Part shown: positions 39,901 to 48,235 of the stretch, piece after piece | How the letters are laid out: each line of letters starts with the position of its first letter | How positions within the stretch are numbered: position 1 is the stretch's first letter | Assembly (NCBI GenBank): GCA_965204745.1 | Contig: OZ242010.1 | Span: 3,008,001 to 3,072,000 of the forward strand | From: Candidatus Latescibacterota bacterium | GTDB lineage: Bacteria; Latescibacterota; UBA2968 | Direction of reading: 5' to 3' | DNA: 64,000 bases | The notes under the pieces: model-generated | What the model saw: only the letters and a program-made list of their open reading frames with translations | The model's database searches: none | What the model was told of the DNA's origin: nothing | Program-made: the position numbers and the translations under genes

Positions 39901-40085
39901 TCAAAATCAACGGCCAATCTCTGGGCGTGCGCGCCTGGCCGCCCTATCGCTGGACTGCCGACACCGCATGCCTCAAACAAGGCAAAAATCGCGTCGTCAT
40001 CCGCGTCACCAACACACTCGAAAAATTGCTCACAGGCATGGCATTTCAGCCGCGAACACGCAAAATGGTTCCGGTCGAAATCTGA
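36942..40085 (+). CDS. Large glycoside hydrolase-like protein (GH106/alpha-L-rhamnosidase-like)
   Basis: RPVPFWIWNG, GLRTPYLS..WF, W..DE...P.G, RYDY, PP....QNPYW, GLPFFAG, V...PPY, G.N...I.V.NT. Confidence 0.75.
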   Translation: MNSNNFIDPPVADRPVPFWIWNGTIEENEIVRQIREMADKGLGGFCLTTGPGLRTPYLSQMWFDRVQLAIETAKECGLHVWIHDEYRHPGGMGATQVTLNHPQFIARQLTFRETTVQGGQLVDLVLPWAPVLQALAVPVRRDRYLWLEKQDLSAYLGVNHQGHALRDNDSVPAYHPHTYISFHPTRRLYWKAPTGRWRVIVFLQEPSATPAHPGLHLDRFNPESVRAMHQAIQQPYLDRFSDHQSKTLQGILTSETRFSHDRLPWSSILPSYFKSRNGYDLLACLPALITYFGLNTSRIRYDYFQTLSELQHRHNNARCADWCKEHALQYASNTTPLRNAHRSSIPIPGTSSGHEKIDSDRAISYRHSAGFATALSAQTTVGRTLDTGFQNAGWGLTLRDMKVQLDALGVQGTNFFVPHAFCYTLDGLRKHATPPSLFHQNPYWKHFRLLSDYAARLAHLLSQGQQVADIALLDPVTSLWTHLAHPYHNWSYVGYDPDEETLAQNLVADWACITRALHHMQRPFHSLDPAFLARANIVDRQLQVGKARYAVLVIPPITNLERAAFEKLRTFIQTGGLVIALGLLPVEDIQEGASVVEGFSRLTDMEPNRMIRDYTGHESGVHLLRRDNFQFIRTGGTIVENEATTMLERLLDEILPRRVHLLSDGKNADPIQYHHRADEKHQLFFFVNTENAPITTQLNIPASGQIERWDLETGDRAPLAAESTGEMSRFSLHFDRLQSHMIVTDQPQREARPQAPAPELFKLDLRGQWKIDLEEDNALRLDKFKIRPDPENKGIDRGWHQPTYSDSWWAKTRPRPFENPAEKTAYWYRTNFIADIIPSKLSLVMDRSAIQGTYQIYLNGFQLPDNAFRPTFRYDHANATCTLVQRIAKGKNVIAIRLEAARPGDGLVDALYLFGRFQVKSWRGVYRRLALPRETGPLFDFNASGLPFFAGTVAYSQDIVLSTLPQTEHFEIDLDHMMEKRADAVEIKINGQSLGVRAWPPYRWTADTACLKQGKNRVVIRVTNTLEKLLTGMAFQPRTRKMVPVEI

Positions 40086-40091
40086 AAAACG

Positions 40092-40216
40092 GTGAGAGGT
40101 GAGAGGCAAGACGGGAGAAGACCTACACTCACTGATCGCCTCTTACGTCTTGCCTCTTACGTCTTACGCCTTTCATCTTACGCCTTTCATCTTACGCCTT
40201 TCATCTTGCTTCTCAC
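40092..40216. repeat. Heptamer tract (CTTACGY/CTTTCAT)n
   Basis: About 11 tandem 7-mers between two convergent genes. Confidence 0.85.
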
Positions 40217-42319
40217 CGGCAACACAGGCACGTCAGGATGCTCTCCCAGCAGATATTTCCGTAGCAGGTACTCATAAATTTGCACAAAGTCGCCGCGGCC
40301 ATTGTGCGCGTTGTAGAAATGGCATATCGGATTGGGATTGACTTCCAAAACGAAAAACCCATCGCGGCTCGCGATCAGGTCCAGCGCGTAAAACCCCAAA
40401 TCCAACACCCGATTCAACGCGCGGATCAGCACGCGAAACTCATCCAGTAATCCCTGATCCGCGACCGGCACCGCGACGCCACCCGCCCGATGCAGGGGAT
40501 TGAGATCCGCGCCTTCAATGGCCGCGTCATTCTGCTTTTGATAGGCCAGCAACACCTCGTCTCCACTCCCCACGATGCGGTATTCAGGCCCCTCGATATA
40601 CGCTTGGATCAACAGCACATTGTCAAATCGGCTACTGTCGATACACAACTCGCGCAACCGCGCCTCCAAGCCCGCGGCATCCGCCTCCAAATACACGCCC
40701 TGCGCCATAGACCCGCGATTGCGTTTTACCACCACCGGAAAAGACATGCGTCGCATCGCATCCGCCGCGATAGCCGCGACAGAAGCGTGCGTCTTGTACC
40801 GATCAAAACGCCGATCCGCCAGCGGATTAAACACCGTCATCGTCTTTGGAATCGCGATAGCCGCCCGCTCAAACAACTCGTATTGATACCCCTTGTCCTC
40901 CGCCAATTTCGCGGAAACATAATCGTTGAACGGGTGTTTGTTCCGCAAAAAATACAGGGACTTCCCCGTTCGTGTCACGCGCACCACATTGCCATCTGCC
41001 GACACCGCGTCATAGCTTATCCCCAACTTTCCGCAGGCGATTTCGAGACAGCGCAGGCTTTCGAGGATCACATCCTCGCTGAAACTGTCCTGCTCTCTGG
41101 GCAAACCCAACACCTCGCGGGCCAGCGCGACCAGATGCAATGACCCCGTCACGCACACGGGCCGCCTGGGCGCGTCCGTCAAAAAATCCAATCCCCCTGA
41201 TTCGCACCGCACGCGCAACCCTTTGGGCACCTGCGATTTTAAGCGCGCCACGGGAATGGCTTTGGGATGCGCGGACCGCGTCAAAACCACCTCTGCACAC
41301 ACCGGCGAAAGCGCGTGTAAAATGCCCCGCGCATCGTGCCCTTCATTCACACCCACCACAAAGAGCCACTCGTCTGCCAGCGGTTGCAAATCTTTGACCA
41401 ATGCGCGAACCGCAGCGGGATTGTGCGCCCCATCCAAAATCAAGGGCGGGGTTTTCCGAACCACTTCAAACCGCCCGGGCAACTGAAACCGCGACACCAC
41501 CTCCTGCACCCGTTCATCCGGCAACGCCACCCCTGCTCCGTCCGCGATATGCCGCGCCACCACCACAGAGAGCGAGGCATTCTCCCGAAATGTCGCCGGC
41601 CGATCCGCAACATCGACCACCTCCCCACCGACCACCTGCAACGCGGCCCCTCGCTGCGCGCAGGCTCTTTTTAGCAACGCCAACACCTCGGGCACCTGTT
41701 GCGACCCCGTGAACAGGGGCCTGCCGCATCGCGCAATCTGCACCTTATCCGCCGCAATCTGCGTCAGGGTATCGCCCAACACCGCCGTGTGATCCAAGTG
41801 AATGGCAGTCAAAACCGCGACGTGTGAATCCCACGCATTGGTCGCGTCAAATCGCCCGCCTAGGCCCACCTCAAAAACCGCCCAATCCACATTCGCCCGC
41901 GCAAAGTGATCGGCGGCCAGTACCGTAATCGCCTCAAACTTGCTAAACGCCCCCAAGCCCTCGCGCTCAAAATCTCGGGTCTTCTCGTAAAACCGCGCCA
42001 CCCCCTCGGCCCACGCCGCTCGCGCAATCACCTCGCCATCCACGCGGACGCGCTCGCGCACCGTGTGCAAATGCGGCGACGCATAAAGCCCCACGCGAAA
42101 ACCCGCGCTTTGCAACAAATCGGCCAACAGAGAACTCACCGTGCCCTTGCCATTTGTGCCGCCCACAACAACGGACCGAAACCGCGCTTGGGGATCGTCC
42201 AACCGCGTCAACAAGGTATGCACCCGCGGCAAATAATTCTCCAACGGTCCCTCGACCGGTTCACCCGTTTCCCAATCGGGCAGTGTATTGAGAAACCGAT
42301 TGCTCCGAAAATAATTCAT
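40187..42319 (-). CDS. FolC-like folylpolyglutamate synthase fused to a C-terminal ATP-grasp domain
   Basis: GTNGKG, SPHL....ER, EVGLGGRFDATN, DHT..LG, PGRFE, LDGAHNP; then DK, PVVVK...GS...GV, LIQ.YI.G.EYR, ALD......LEVN.NP. Confidence 0.85.
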   Translation of the reverse strand: MNYFRSNRFLNTLPDWETGEPVEGPLENYLPRVHTLLTRLDDPQARFRSVVVGGTNGKGTVSSLLADLLQSAGFRVGLYASPHLHTVRERVRVDGEVIARAAWAEGVARFYEKTRDFEREGLGAFSKFEAITVLAADHFARANVDWAVFEVGLGGRFDATNAWDSHVAVLTAIHLDHTAVLGDTLTQIAADKVQIARCGRPLFTGSQQVPEVLALLKRACAQRGAALQVVGGEVVDVADRPATFRENASLSVVVARHIADGAGVALPDERVQEVVSRFQLPGRFEVVRKTPPLILDGAHNPAAVRALVKDLQPLADEWLFVVGVNEGHDARGILHALSPVCAEVVLTRSAHPKAIPVARLKSQVPKGLRVRCESGGLDFLTDAPRRPVCVTGSLHLVALAREVLGLPREQDSFSEDVILESLRCLEIACGKLGISYDAVSADGNVVRVTRTGKSLYFLRNKHPFNDYVSAKLAEDKGYQYELFERAAIAIPKTMTVFNPLADRRFDRYKTHASVAAIAADAMRRMSFPVVVKRNRGSMAQGVYLEADAAGLEARLRELCIDSSRFDNVLLIQAYIEGPEYRIVGSGDEVLLAYQKQNDAAIEGADLNPLHRAGGVAVPVADQGLLDEFRVLIRALNRVLDLGFYALDLIASRDGFFVLEVNPNPICHFYNAHNGRGDFVQIYEYLLRKYLLGEHPDVPVLPVRSKMKGVR

Positions 42320-42414
42320 CTGACTCCTTCAAACCGAAATGCGAGTTGATTCCTAAATTTTTTGTCCTATCATGGTCTGACCTGTCGCGATGATCGCCAC
42401 GAGCGGAGGCCGTT

Positions 42415-43569
42415 ATGGAACGCATCGTCGATCCCAAGTATCTCTTCGCTTTCTCCTCCCAAACCGGTCGGCCCTACCACTGCAAGTGCTATTGGGAAAA
42501 CCTCTACGTCTTTGTCTATGGCGCGAATCGCGTGCTCGTGGCAACGCGCGCGGTCCCCTTCAGTTCCCTGCACGAAGCCCTCTACGCCGCCTTCAAAGGG
42601 CAGCGCGGCAACGCCCTCACGCAACATCTCTTGCCCGAAGCCCTGCAACGGCCCCATCTCAGCGTGTTCAACAATGCCTCTCCTGTGCAAACCTTTGCAG
42701 ACGACATCTCTGCACTCGTCCCGGAACAAAGCTCGCAACTGCCCGAAGAACGCATTGCAAAAACAGAAGCGCGCATCGAAGAAGCCGCGTCTCGCATCAT
42801 GATCGCGCAGGGCATAGAAGGCGGCCTAGGCAGTTTTGCCGCTGACGAAACCACGCCCTTTCTCGCCCGAGACGAACCCGGCGACCTCACGCAATCCTTC
42901 GGCGGCGACGAAGACGCCGCGCTGATCCAAATGAGCGTCCAGATCGACGCCGTCATCAAAACCCAAGTGCGCGAAACCCTGCAAGCCATGTACAAAAACG
43001 CATCCACCAGTCGCCCCGGCGACCTCGAAGCCATGGACAACAGCTACTCATTTGACATCGCCGCACGCCTATACACCAACCCCCGCTACCTCGGCTTTGT
43101 GCGCCGCCTCATCAGTGCCAAAGGCAGCTATGCCTCCCCGGTTGTGCGCGACTTCCTCAAGTTTTACGTGCGTTGCTTCAACATCAAATTTGCCGACCAC
43201 CTGCGCCAAAGCAACGACCCCGACCTAGCGCGCCAACGCCTCGAAAGCGCGTTGGGCCACGAAAAGATCGGCTCCCATCACTACCTCGACTACCACGACC
43301 TCACCATCTTGGGCCGCGTCTTTCAAGGCGACCTCAAACGCGATCCCGACGACCCGGACCAGACCCCCCACAGGTTCAAACTCCACGCCTCCGTCACCCC
43401 CCAAAATCTCCGCCTGTGCGAAATCCGCGATCCCATCCAGCGGTTCACGATCCGCAAATTTGTCGAACACACCTTCAATACCAATCACAACATCAAAAAC
43501 ATCCACTACATCCGAAACAGCCGCGTGTACACCCTCGGCTCTTCAAAAATCCCACCGCTTTGGCGATAG
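42415..43569 (+). CDS. Hypothetical protein (384 aa)
   Basis: GGAGG RBS, gene-like codon usage, no long competing ORF; family not recognised. Confidence 0.7.
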   Translation: MERIVDPKYLFAFSSQTGRPYHCKCYWENLYVFVYGANRVLVATRAVPFSSLHEALYAAFKGQRGNALTQHLLPEALQRPHLSVFNNASPVQTFADDISALVPEQSSQLPEERIAKTEARIEEAASRIMIAQGIEGGLGSFAADETTPFLARDEPGDLTQSFGGDEDAALIQMSVQIDAVIKTQVRETLQAMYKNASTSRPGDLEAMDNSYSFDIAARLYTNPRYLGFVRRLISAKGSYASPVVRDFLKFYVRCFNIKFADHLRQSNDPDLARQRLESALGHEKIGSHHYLDYHDLTILGRVFQGDLKRDPDDPDQTPHRFKLHASVTPQNLRLCEIRDPIQRFTIRKFVEHTFNTNHNIKNIHYIRNSRVYTLGSSKIPPLWR

Positions 43570-44783
43570 TAGTCCTCATCCAGCACAAACGCGCCGCCTC
43601 GGGGGCGTAGCCACGACGCCTGGGGCATCGGGTATTCGGAAAGCATGCGCGCCCAGGTGCCGTAATTTTCCGGGCCATTGGACTCCATCAATCCCCCCTG
43701 CACGCCTGGGAACGCGGGCAATCGCGCAGCCACATTCTTGTTCCACTCCACCAGCACGGGCACGCACGCATTATCGGCCACAAAACACGGCACCCCTGCC
43801 AATGTCGCGGCCTCGATCATGCGAAACGCCAGCGACAGCGTCTTGCCCGCGGGCTTGATCGCCATCGCGCCATATCCCTGTTCCAAACGGGTATGCACAT
43901 CTGCAACCGTCTCGATGCTCTCATCCCCTGCAAACCGCGCGGGCAAGCCGTGGACATCCACCTCTGCCGGACGAGAAAACGGCTCCTCGATCAACGCGAT
44001 GCAATCCAAAAACCCCTCGCGCTGTGCATAATCCAACAACCGCGCCATGCTATCCTTTTCGGCATACCGCCCATTGGCATCCAAATAATAGAGCACCTGG
44101 CCCGAATCCGTCATCTCGGTCTCGTACTGACGGGCCAACCGATGCACCCGCGACAAACAGGCCATATCTTTCTCCACCATTTCGGCTTCATCCCCCGGAT
44201 GCCCAATTTTGATTTTCAGAATGTACGCGCCATCATCTAAAATCGCCCGCAATTCATCTATCGGCAGGGTATAACTCACCGCGGGCACGAGCGCGACATG
44301 CGATTGGCGATGCGACAAAAATGCGTGAAACTCCTCTGGAATCACAGCATCAAAAGTCGTCAGGCCCCTCCGCTTTGCGTGCAAAAGCCAAGCCGCATTG
44401 TCTAGCGCGACCAGCGCGATCAACGCAAATGTGCGCCGCAAATCCGCAAGCCCCGTCACCGTCTTTCCGTACAAAAAAACATCGTTTTCAACCGCGTCGA
44501 ACATGTCTATCGGATCGGCAAACGCCCGCCCTTTGACCTGCTGAAGCGCGAATTCCAAAAGAGACGCTTGAAGCAAATTGCCGCCCATTTCCGTATGCGC
44601 CGCAAACACCGCAGCATCTGACCACAACACGGCCAACCCGCCCAACCCGAACGCCTCATACCCATCGGCATCTTTCAACCGCACCACGAGATTCCACTTC
44701 TCGTGAAACGCCGATCCCTTAAACGCAAAGGGTCGCGCAAACGGCTCGCGCTGAATTTCCAAATCCGTTTCGACAATGTGCAT
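43506..44783 (-). CDS. Enolase-superfamily protein (Ala-Glu epimerase-like)
   Basis: LKIKIG, LDANG, IEEP, GDES, AIKP. Confidence 0.82.
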   Translation of the reverse strand: MHIVETDLEIQREPFARPFAFKGSAFHEKWNLVVRLKDADGYEAFGLGGLAVLWSDAAVFAAHTEMGGNLLQASLLEFALQQVKGRAFADPIDMFDAVENDVFLYGKTVTGLADLRRTFALIALVALDNAAWLLHAKRRGLTTFDAVIPEEFHAFLSHRQSHVALVPAVSYTLPIDELRAILDDGAYILKIKIGHPGDEAEMVEKDMACLSRVHRLARQYETEMTDSGQVLYYLDANGRYAEKDSMARLLDYAQREGFLDCIALIEEPFSRPAEVDVHGLPARFAGDESIETVADVHTRLEQGYGAMAIKPAGKTLSLAFRMIEAATLAGVPCFVADNACVPVLVEWNKNVAARLPAFPGVQGGLMESNGPENYGTWARMLSEYPMPQASWLRPRGGAFVLDEDYYRQSGGIFEEPRVYTRLFRM

Positions 44784-44823
44784 GATGTCGTATCCTCATC
44801 CATTGGGATTCGTTCCTTGTAGG

Positions 44824-44974
44824 AAGTAAGAGGTAAGAAGTGAGAGGTGAGAAGGCCACCCAACAGCCCATCCACAAGTAAGAAGCAAGACGGGAGAGGT
44901 GAGAAGGCCACCCAACAACCCATCCGCAAGTAAGAGGTAAGAAGTGAGAGGTGAGAAGGCCGCCCAACAACCCC
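44824..44974. repeat. Three tandem 52-bp units built from purine heptamers
   Basis: AAGTAAGA...GAGAGGTGAGAAGGCCRCCCAACA starting at 44824, 44876 and 44928. Confidence 0.9.
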
Positions 44975-45042
44975 AAAACCCGATGCCCTTCGTTGATGAA
45001 TCGGCCTGAAAGCGGCCAGTCTCCCCGGCCCCCGTGCCTGTC

Positions 45043-45420
45043 CTATTTCATCCCCGCGATGATGTCCAAGAGCACGAGATACGCGCCCGTATCGCCAAAA
45101 ATGGGCGTGCGGGTCGGTGGGTTTTCCGGGAAAAATTCCGCGTACGCGTCGTTGAAATCCGAAAATAGGGCGCGATCCTTGAGGATGGCCGTCACCTTCA
45201 AGGTGTTGTCGAGCGACGTTCCCGCGTCTTCGAGAATGCCCGAGATATTGGCGAGAATGCACCGGGTCTGAGTTTTGATGTCGTCCCCGACAATTTCATC
45301 CGTCTCTGGATCCACCGGCGGTTGGGCCGAGATGAAAATGAGGTCGCCGTAGATCACGGCTTGCGAATAGGGAAATTTGGGAATGTTACCGCGGTTGCTG
45401 GTGAAGGGTTGTTTTTTCAT
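45043..45420 (-). CDS. RidA-family protein
   Basis: PYSQA, Q.P.DP, QT...L.N...IL..AG.SL, F..FN..Y..FF...PP.R; AAGGAG RBS. Confidence 0.88.
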   Translation of the reverse strand: MKKQPFTSNRGNIPKFPYSQAVIYGDLIFISAQPPVDPETDEIVGDDIKTQTRCILANISGILEDAGTSLDNTLKVTAILKDRALFSDFNDAYAEFFPENPPTRTPIFGDTGAYLVLLDIIAGMK

Positions 45421-45481
45421 GGTCATCTCCTTGGCGGTGGTCGGCGGTTACAGACAGAATATAATGCTCATTAAAAAAAAA

Positions 45482-45664
45482 GGGAATTATATACTTGAAT
45501 AAACCCAATGCCCTTTGCATCCCTTTTAAGCTTCTCCTAACGTCAAATCCTTGTCTGTGGGCACGGTATCCATTGCAAATTCCTCGAAAAAACAATACTC
45601 TCATTCATTGTCTTAAGGAAAAAATATAATAACATAGACTCGTCTAGTTAAGTATATAATTCCC
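45482..45664. mobile_element. 183-bp MITE, IS1595 (ISNwi1-type) ends
   Basis: Perfect 15-bp TIR GGGAATTATATACTT/AAGTATATAATTCCC with at least A8 on both flanks (putative TSD); AT-rich, no ORF. Confidence 0.75.
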
Positions 45665-45685
45665 AAAAAAAATAAAGAGGTACAG

Positions 45686-46141
45686 ATGAAGTTGTTTCGC
45701 CTAAAACGATCTCTCGTATTGCCGCTTTCAATGGATGAGGCGTGGTCATTTTTCTCCAATCCGCAAAACTTGGGCAAAATTACGCCCCCGAAAATGAACC
45801 TCATACCGACCCATCCGCTACCCGATGCGATGCACCCCGGGCAAGTGATCGCGTATCGCGTGCGAATCGGACTTGGGATTTCAGTGAACTGGGTGACGGA
45901 GATTACGCATGTCGATGCGCCGCATTTTTTTGTGGATGAACAGCGTTTTGGGCCGTATAAATTTTGGAATCACTTGCATCGTTTCGCGCAGCATGCTCGG
46001 GGGGTGCGAGTTGAAGACATCGTGCATTATGGACTTTATGGCGGCATCTTGGCGCGGGGGATCCACGCCGCACTTGTGCGCCCGCAACTCGAGGCGATTT
46101 TTGATTATCGCAAACGGGTTTTGGACGATCTCTTCGTTTAA
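45686..46141 (+). CDS. SRPBCC-family protein
   Basis: AW.FFS.P.NL..ITP, W.TEIT.V....FVDEQRFGPY.FW.H.H, IFDYR. Confidence 0.9.
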   Translation: MKLFRLKRSLVLPLSMDEAWSFFSNPQNLGKITPPKMNLIPTHPLPDAMHPGQVIAYRVRIGLGISVNWVTEITHVDAPHFFVDEQRFGPYKFWNHLHRFAQHARGVRVEDIVHYGLYGGILARGIHAALVRPQLEAIFDYRKRVLDDLFV

Positions 46142-46205
46142 TGGAACGCCCCGCCGTGTCGCGTAGTCTAAAGACGAAAATAATGATTTGCAAAGGAGGC
46201 CGTGC

Positions 46206-46883
46206 ATGTCTGTCAATCGCCGACATTTTCTCGTTCAAGCCGCTACATGGGGTGCTGTGGCATTTGCAGCGCCGGGGGTTTTCGCCGAACAACTCACGCG
46301 CACGCCCCGACAGACCGAAGGGCCGTTTTATCCAGACGAGTTGCCTCTGGATGTCGATAATGATCTCGTGGTGATCAACGACGCGATTACGCCAGCCGTC
46401 GGGGAAATCACGCACTTGACCGGGCGCGTTTTGGATGTGAATGGCAATCCCGTCAAAAACGCGCTGGTGGAAATCTGGCAGGTGGATAGCCGTGGCATTT
46501 ACATTCACACCGATGCCCCGCGGCGAACGCGGCGAGACGTGAACTTTCAGGGCTTTGGGCGTTTTGAAACCGGATCGACAGGTCAATATCGCTTTCGCAC
46601 CATCAAGCCCGTGCCTTATGGCGGCGCGCGTACCGCGCATATCCATTTTGCGATTGACAAAAATGGGCATCGGCTTTTGACCACGCAACTCTACGTGAAG
46701 GACAATCCGGACAATGCGTGGGATTTCATCTTTCGGCATTCCGACCACGCGACCATGCTGTCCGCCGCGTTTGAGCCTTTGCCCGGCTCTGAAATCGGCG
46801 AATTAACGGCCAATTTCGATATCGTGATCGGCGAGACGCCCGAAGACCGAGAACGAGACTGGGGCCGGCGGAGGAGGCGATAA
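46206..46883 (+). CDS. Intradiol ring-cleavage dioxygenase (protocatechuate 3,4-dioxygenase-like) with Tat signal
   Basis: NRRHFL; TEGPFYP, EIWQ.D..G.Y, FRTIKPVPY, RTAHIH, TTQLY. Confidence 0.88.
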   Translation: MSVNRRHFLVQAATWGAVAFAAPGVFAEQLTRTPRQTEGPFYPDELPLDVDNDLVVINDAITPAVGEITHLTGRVLDVNGNPVKNALVEIWQVDSRGIYIHTDAPRRTRRDVNFQGFGRFETGSTGQYRFRTIKPVPYGGARTAHIHFAIDKNGHRLLTTQLYVKDNPDNAWDFIFRHSDHATMLSAAFEPLPGSEIGELTANFDIVIGETPEDRERDWGRRRRR

Positions 46884-47017
46884 AAATATCAACGCGCCCC
46901 TTGCGGATAAACTCACTTTTGGGTATTCTTTTGTCATAGATGGCGTTTCCATTTGTTGCTTCAATGGAGTAAATCGCGATCTCAATTATCTGCCACAACA
47001 ACGGAGCGATTTGATAC

Positions 47018-47530
47018 ATGCTGGATTTAGACGATCTCGGTCATGGGCTTCCGGCTATCACGCCGAACTTCGGCAAGGCACTGGCAGAAGCCGGGGGCGT
47101 ATGCTTGGAATCACAAGGGCATGTACAAGGCGTTCAACTTCTCGTCAGAGGGTACAAAAATAAACGCTATCCCTTAGCGTGGCCGCCGGTTACTGATCAA
47201 ACTCGCAGATGCTGGAATGACCCAGAGGTTGCCACTGAACACGGTGCGGTGGGTATTGCGGTTTTGCTGGCACAGAAGGAAATCGGCTATACAGTGATCG
47301 AGCGTTCTCAAAAAGGTACCGGCTTTGATTACTGGATGGGAGACGAGTCAAGTTTTCCCCTCCAGAAGAAGGCGCGGCTGGAAATATCGGGTATTCGCAG
47401 GGGAAGTGACCGCGTGAAGACGCGAGTCAGGCAAAAATTGAGACAAACCGACCCATCTGATGGGTCGAAACCGGCTTATGTCATTGTCGTTGAATTTGGA
47501 TATCCCCTTGCGGAGGTTCAAAAAAAATGA
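47018..47530 (+). CDS. Predicted PD-(D/E)XK-like nuclease
   Basis: ATE.GA...RS.KGTGFDYW...ARLEISG...K..Q...VVEF; GGAG RBS; lower GC than neighbours. Confidence 0.6.
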   Translation: MLDLDDLGHGLPAITPNFGKALAEAGGVCLESQGHVQGVQLLVRGYKNKRYPLAWPPVTDQTRRCWNDPEVATEHGAVGIAVLLAQKEIGYTVIERSQKGTGFDYWMGDESSFPLQKKARLEISGIRRGSDRVKTRVRQKLRQTDPSDGSKPAYVIVVEFGYPLAEVQKK

Positions 47531-47871
47531 GTGTTAGCGATTCCCACCATAAGGCCATGGATTTTGCGGAACACGCCCTTTTGGCACGCATACGAGGCCG
47601 TCGAGAAGACGCAATTGAGTTTTCTAAGAAGGCATTGGAGCATGAACTCGTTGCCATTCGGAAACTGGATGAGCGCGGCGAGCGTGTCGAGCCAACGTGG
47701 TCTGTGTTGCACCGCAGTGCCGGGTGGCTGGCGTTTAACTGCAATCAGTTTCGTCGCGCCGAGCAGTTGGCGCGCAAAGCCCTTGCTGGCAACCCACACC
47801 CAGAGATCGCAGATGAATTACGCGAACTTTTAGTGGAAATATATCGCACTTTGGAAAAAGACCTCTATTAA
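47527..47871 (+). CDS. Small all-helical TPR-like protein coupled to the nuclease
   Basis: ATGA overlap; H..AM..AE.A...ALE.E..A, EPT.SVLHRSA..LA, AE.L...AL.G.P..EI..EL. Confidence 0.7.
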   Translation: MSVSDSHHKAMDFAEHALLARIRGRREDAIEFSKKALEHELVAIRKLDERGERVEPTWSVLHRSAGWLAFNCNQFRRAEQLARKALAGNPHPEIADELRELLVEIYRTLEKDLY

Positions 47872-47927
47872 CGGATTTAACCCTTGAACAGATCGTTGCA
47901 CAAGGGGTGAAAGTCTTGTAGTTAATC

Positions 47928-48235
47928 TGTTGGTCATTGTTGATTGTTTGGTGTATGTTTTGTGTCGTATTTGTTCTTTGAAAAGTGAAGCGGGATAGGC
48001 CGTTGCTGATAAAGACATGTCTGCGACAGCGACAACCAAGCGGCAGACCTAAAATCTCCTATCAGCGTAAAATCCACAGGAAGAATAGGAAATACTAACT
48101 ATTCACTTGCGCGGCTAGCTTGACCGAGCAAGTAAAAAACGGACGTGGAGGTGCTGTAAGACGGACAAGAGGTTGTATGTGCTTGGACGCTGGCCTGATG
48201 AAGCGTCAATTTCAGTTGGTCAACAATGATCAACA
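47928..48235 (+). ncRNA. Candidate ~310-nt structured non-coding RNA
   Basis: 18-19 bp end-to-end helix enclosing several nested helices; weak TTGCAC-17-TAGTTA promoter just upstream. Confidence 0.45.

Noticed and set aside
44824-44974. 52-bp tandem repeats as a CRISPR array
   Set aside because: Units are contiguous with no unique spacers, are built from the local heptamers, and no cas genes are present.
46206-46883. Tat-exported intradiol dioxygenase as a novelty
   Set aside because: Signal-bearing homologs of this family are widespread.
48186-48215. CTGATGA as a hammerhead ribozyme core
   Set aside because: It sits in a hairpin loop with no stem II-GAAA or cleavage triplet in the right arrangement.
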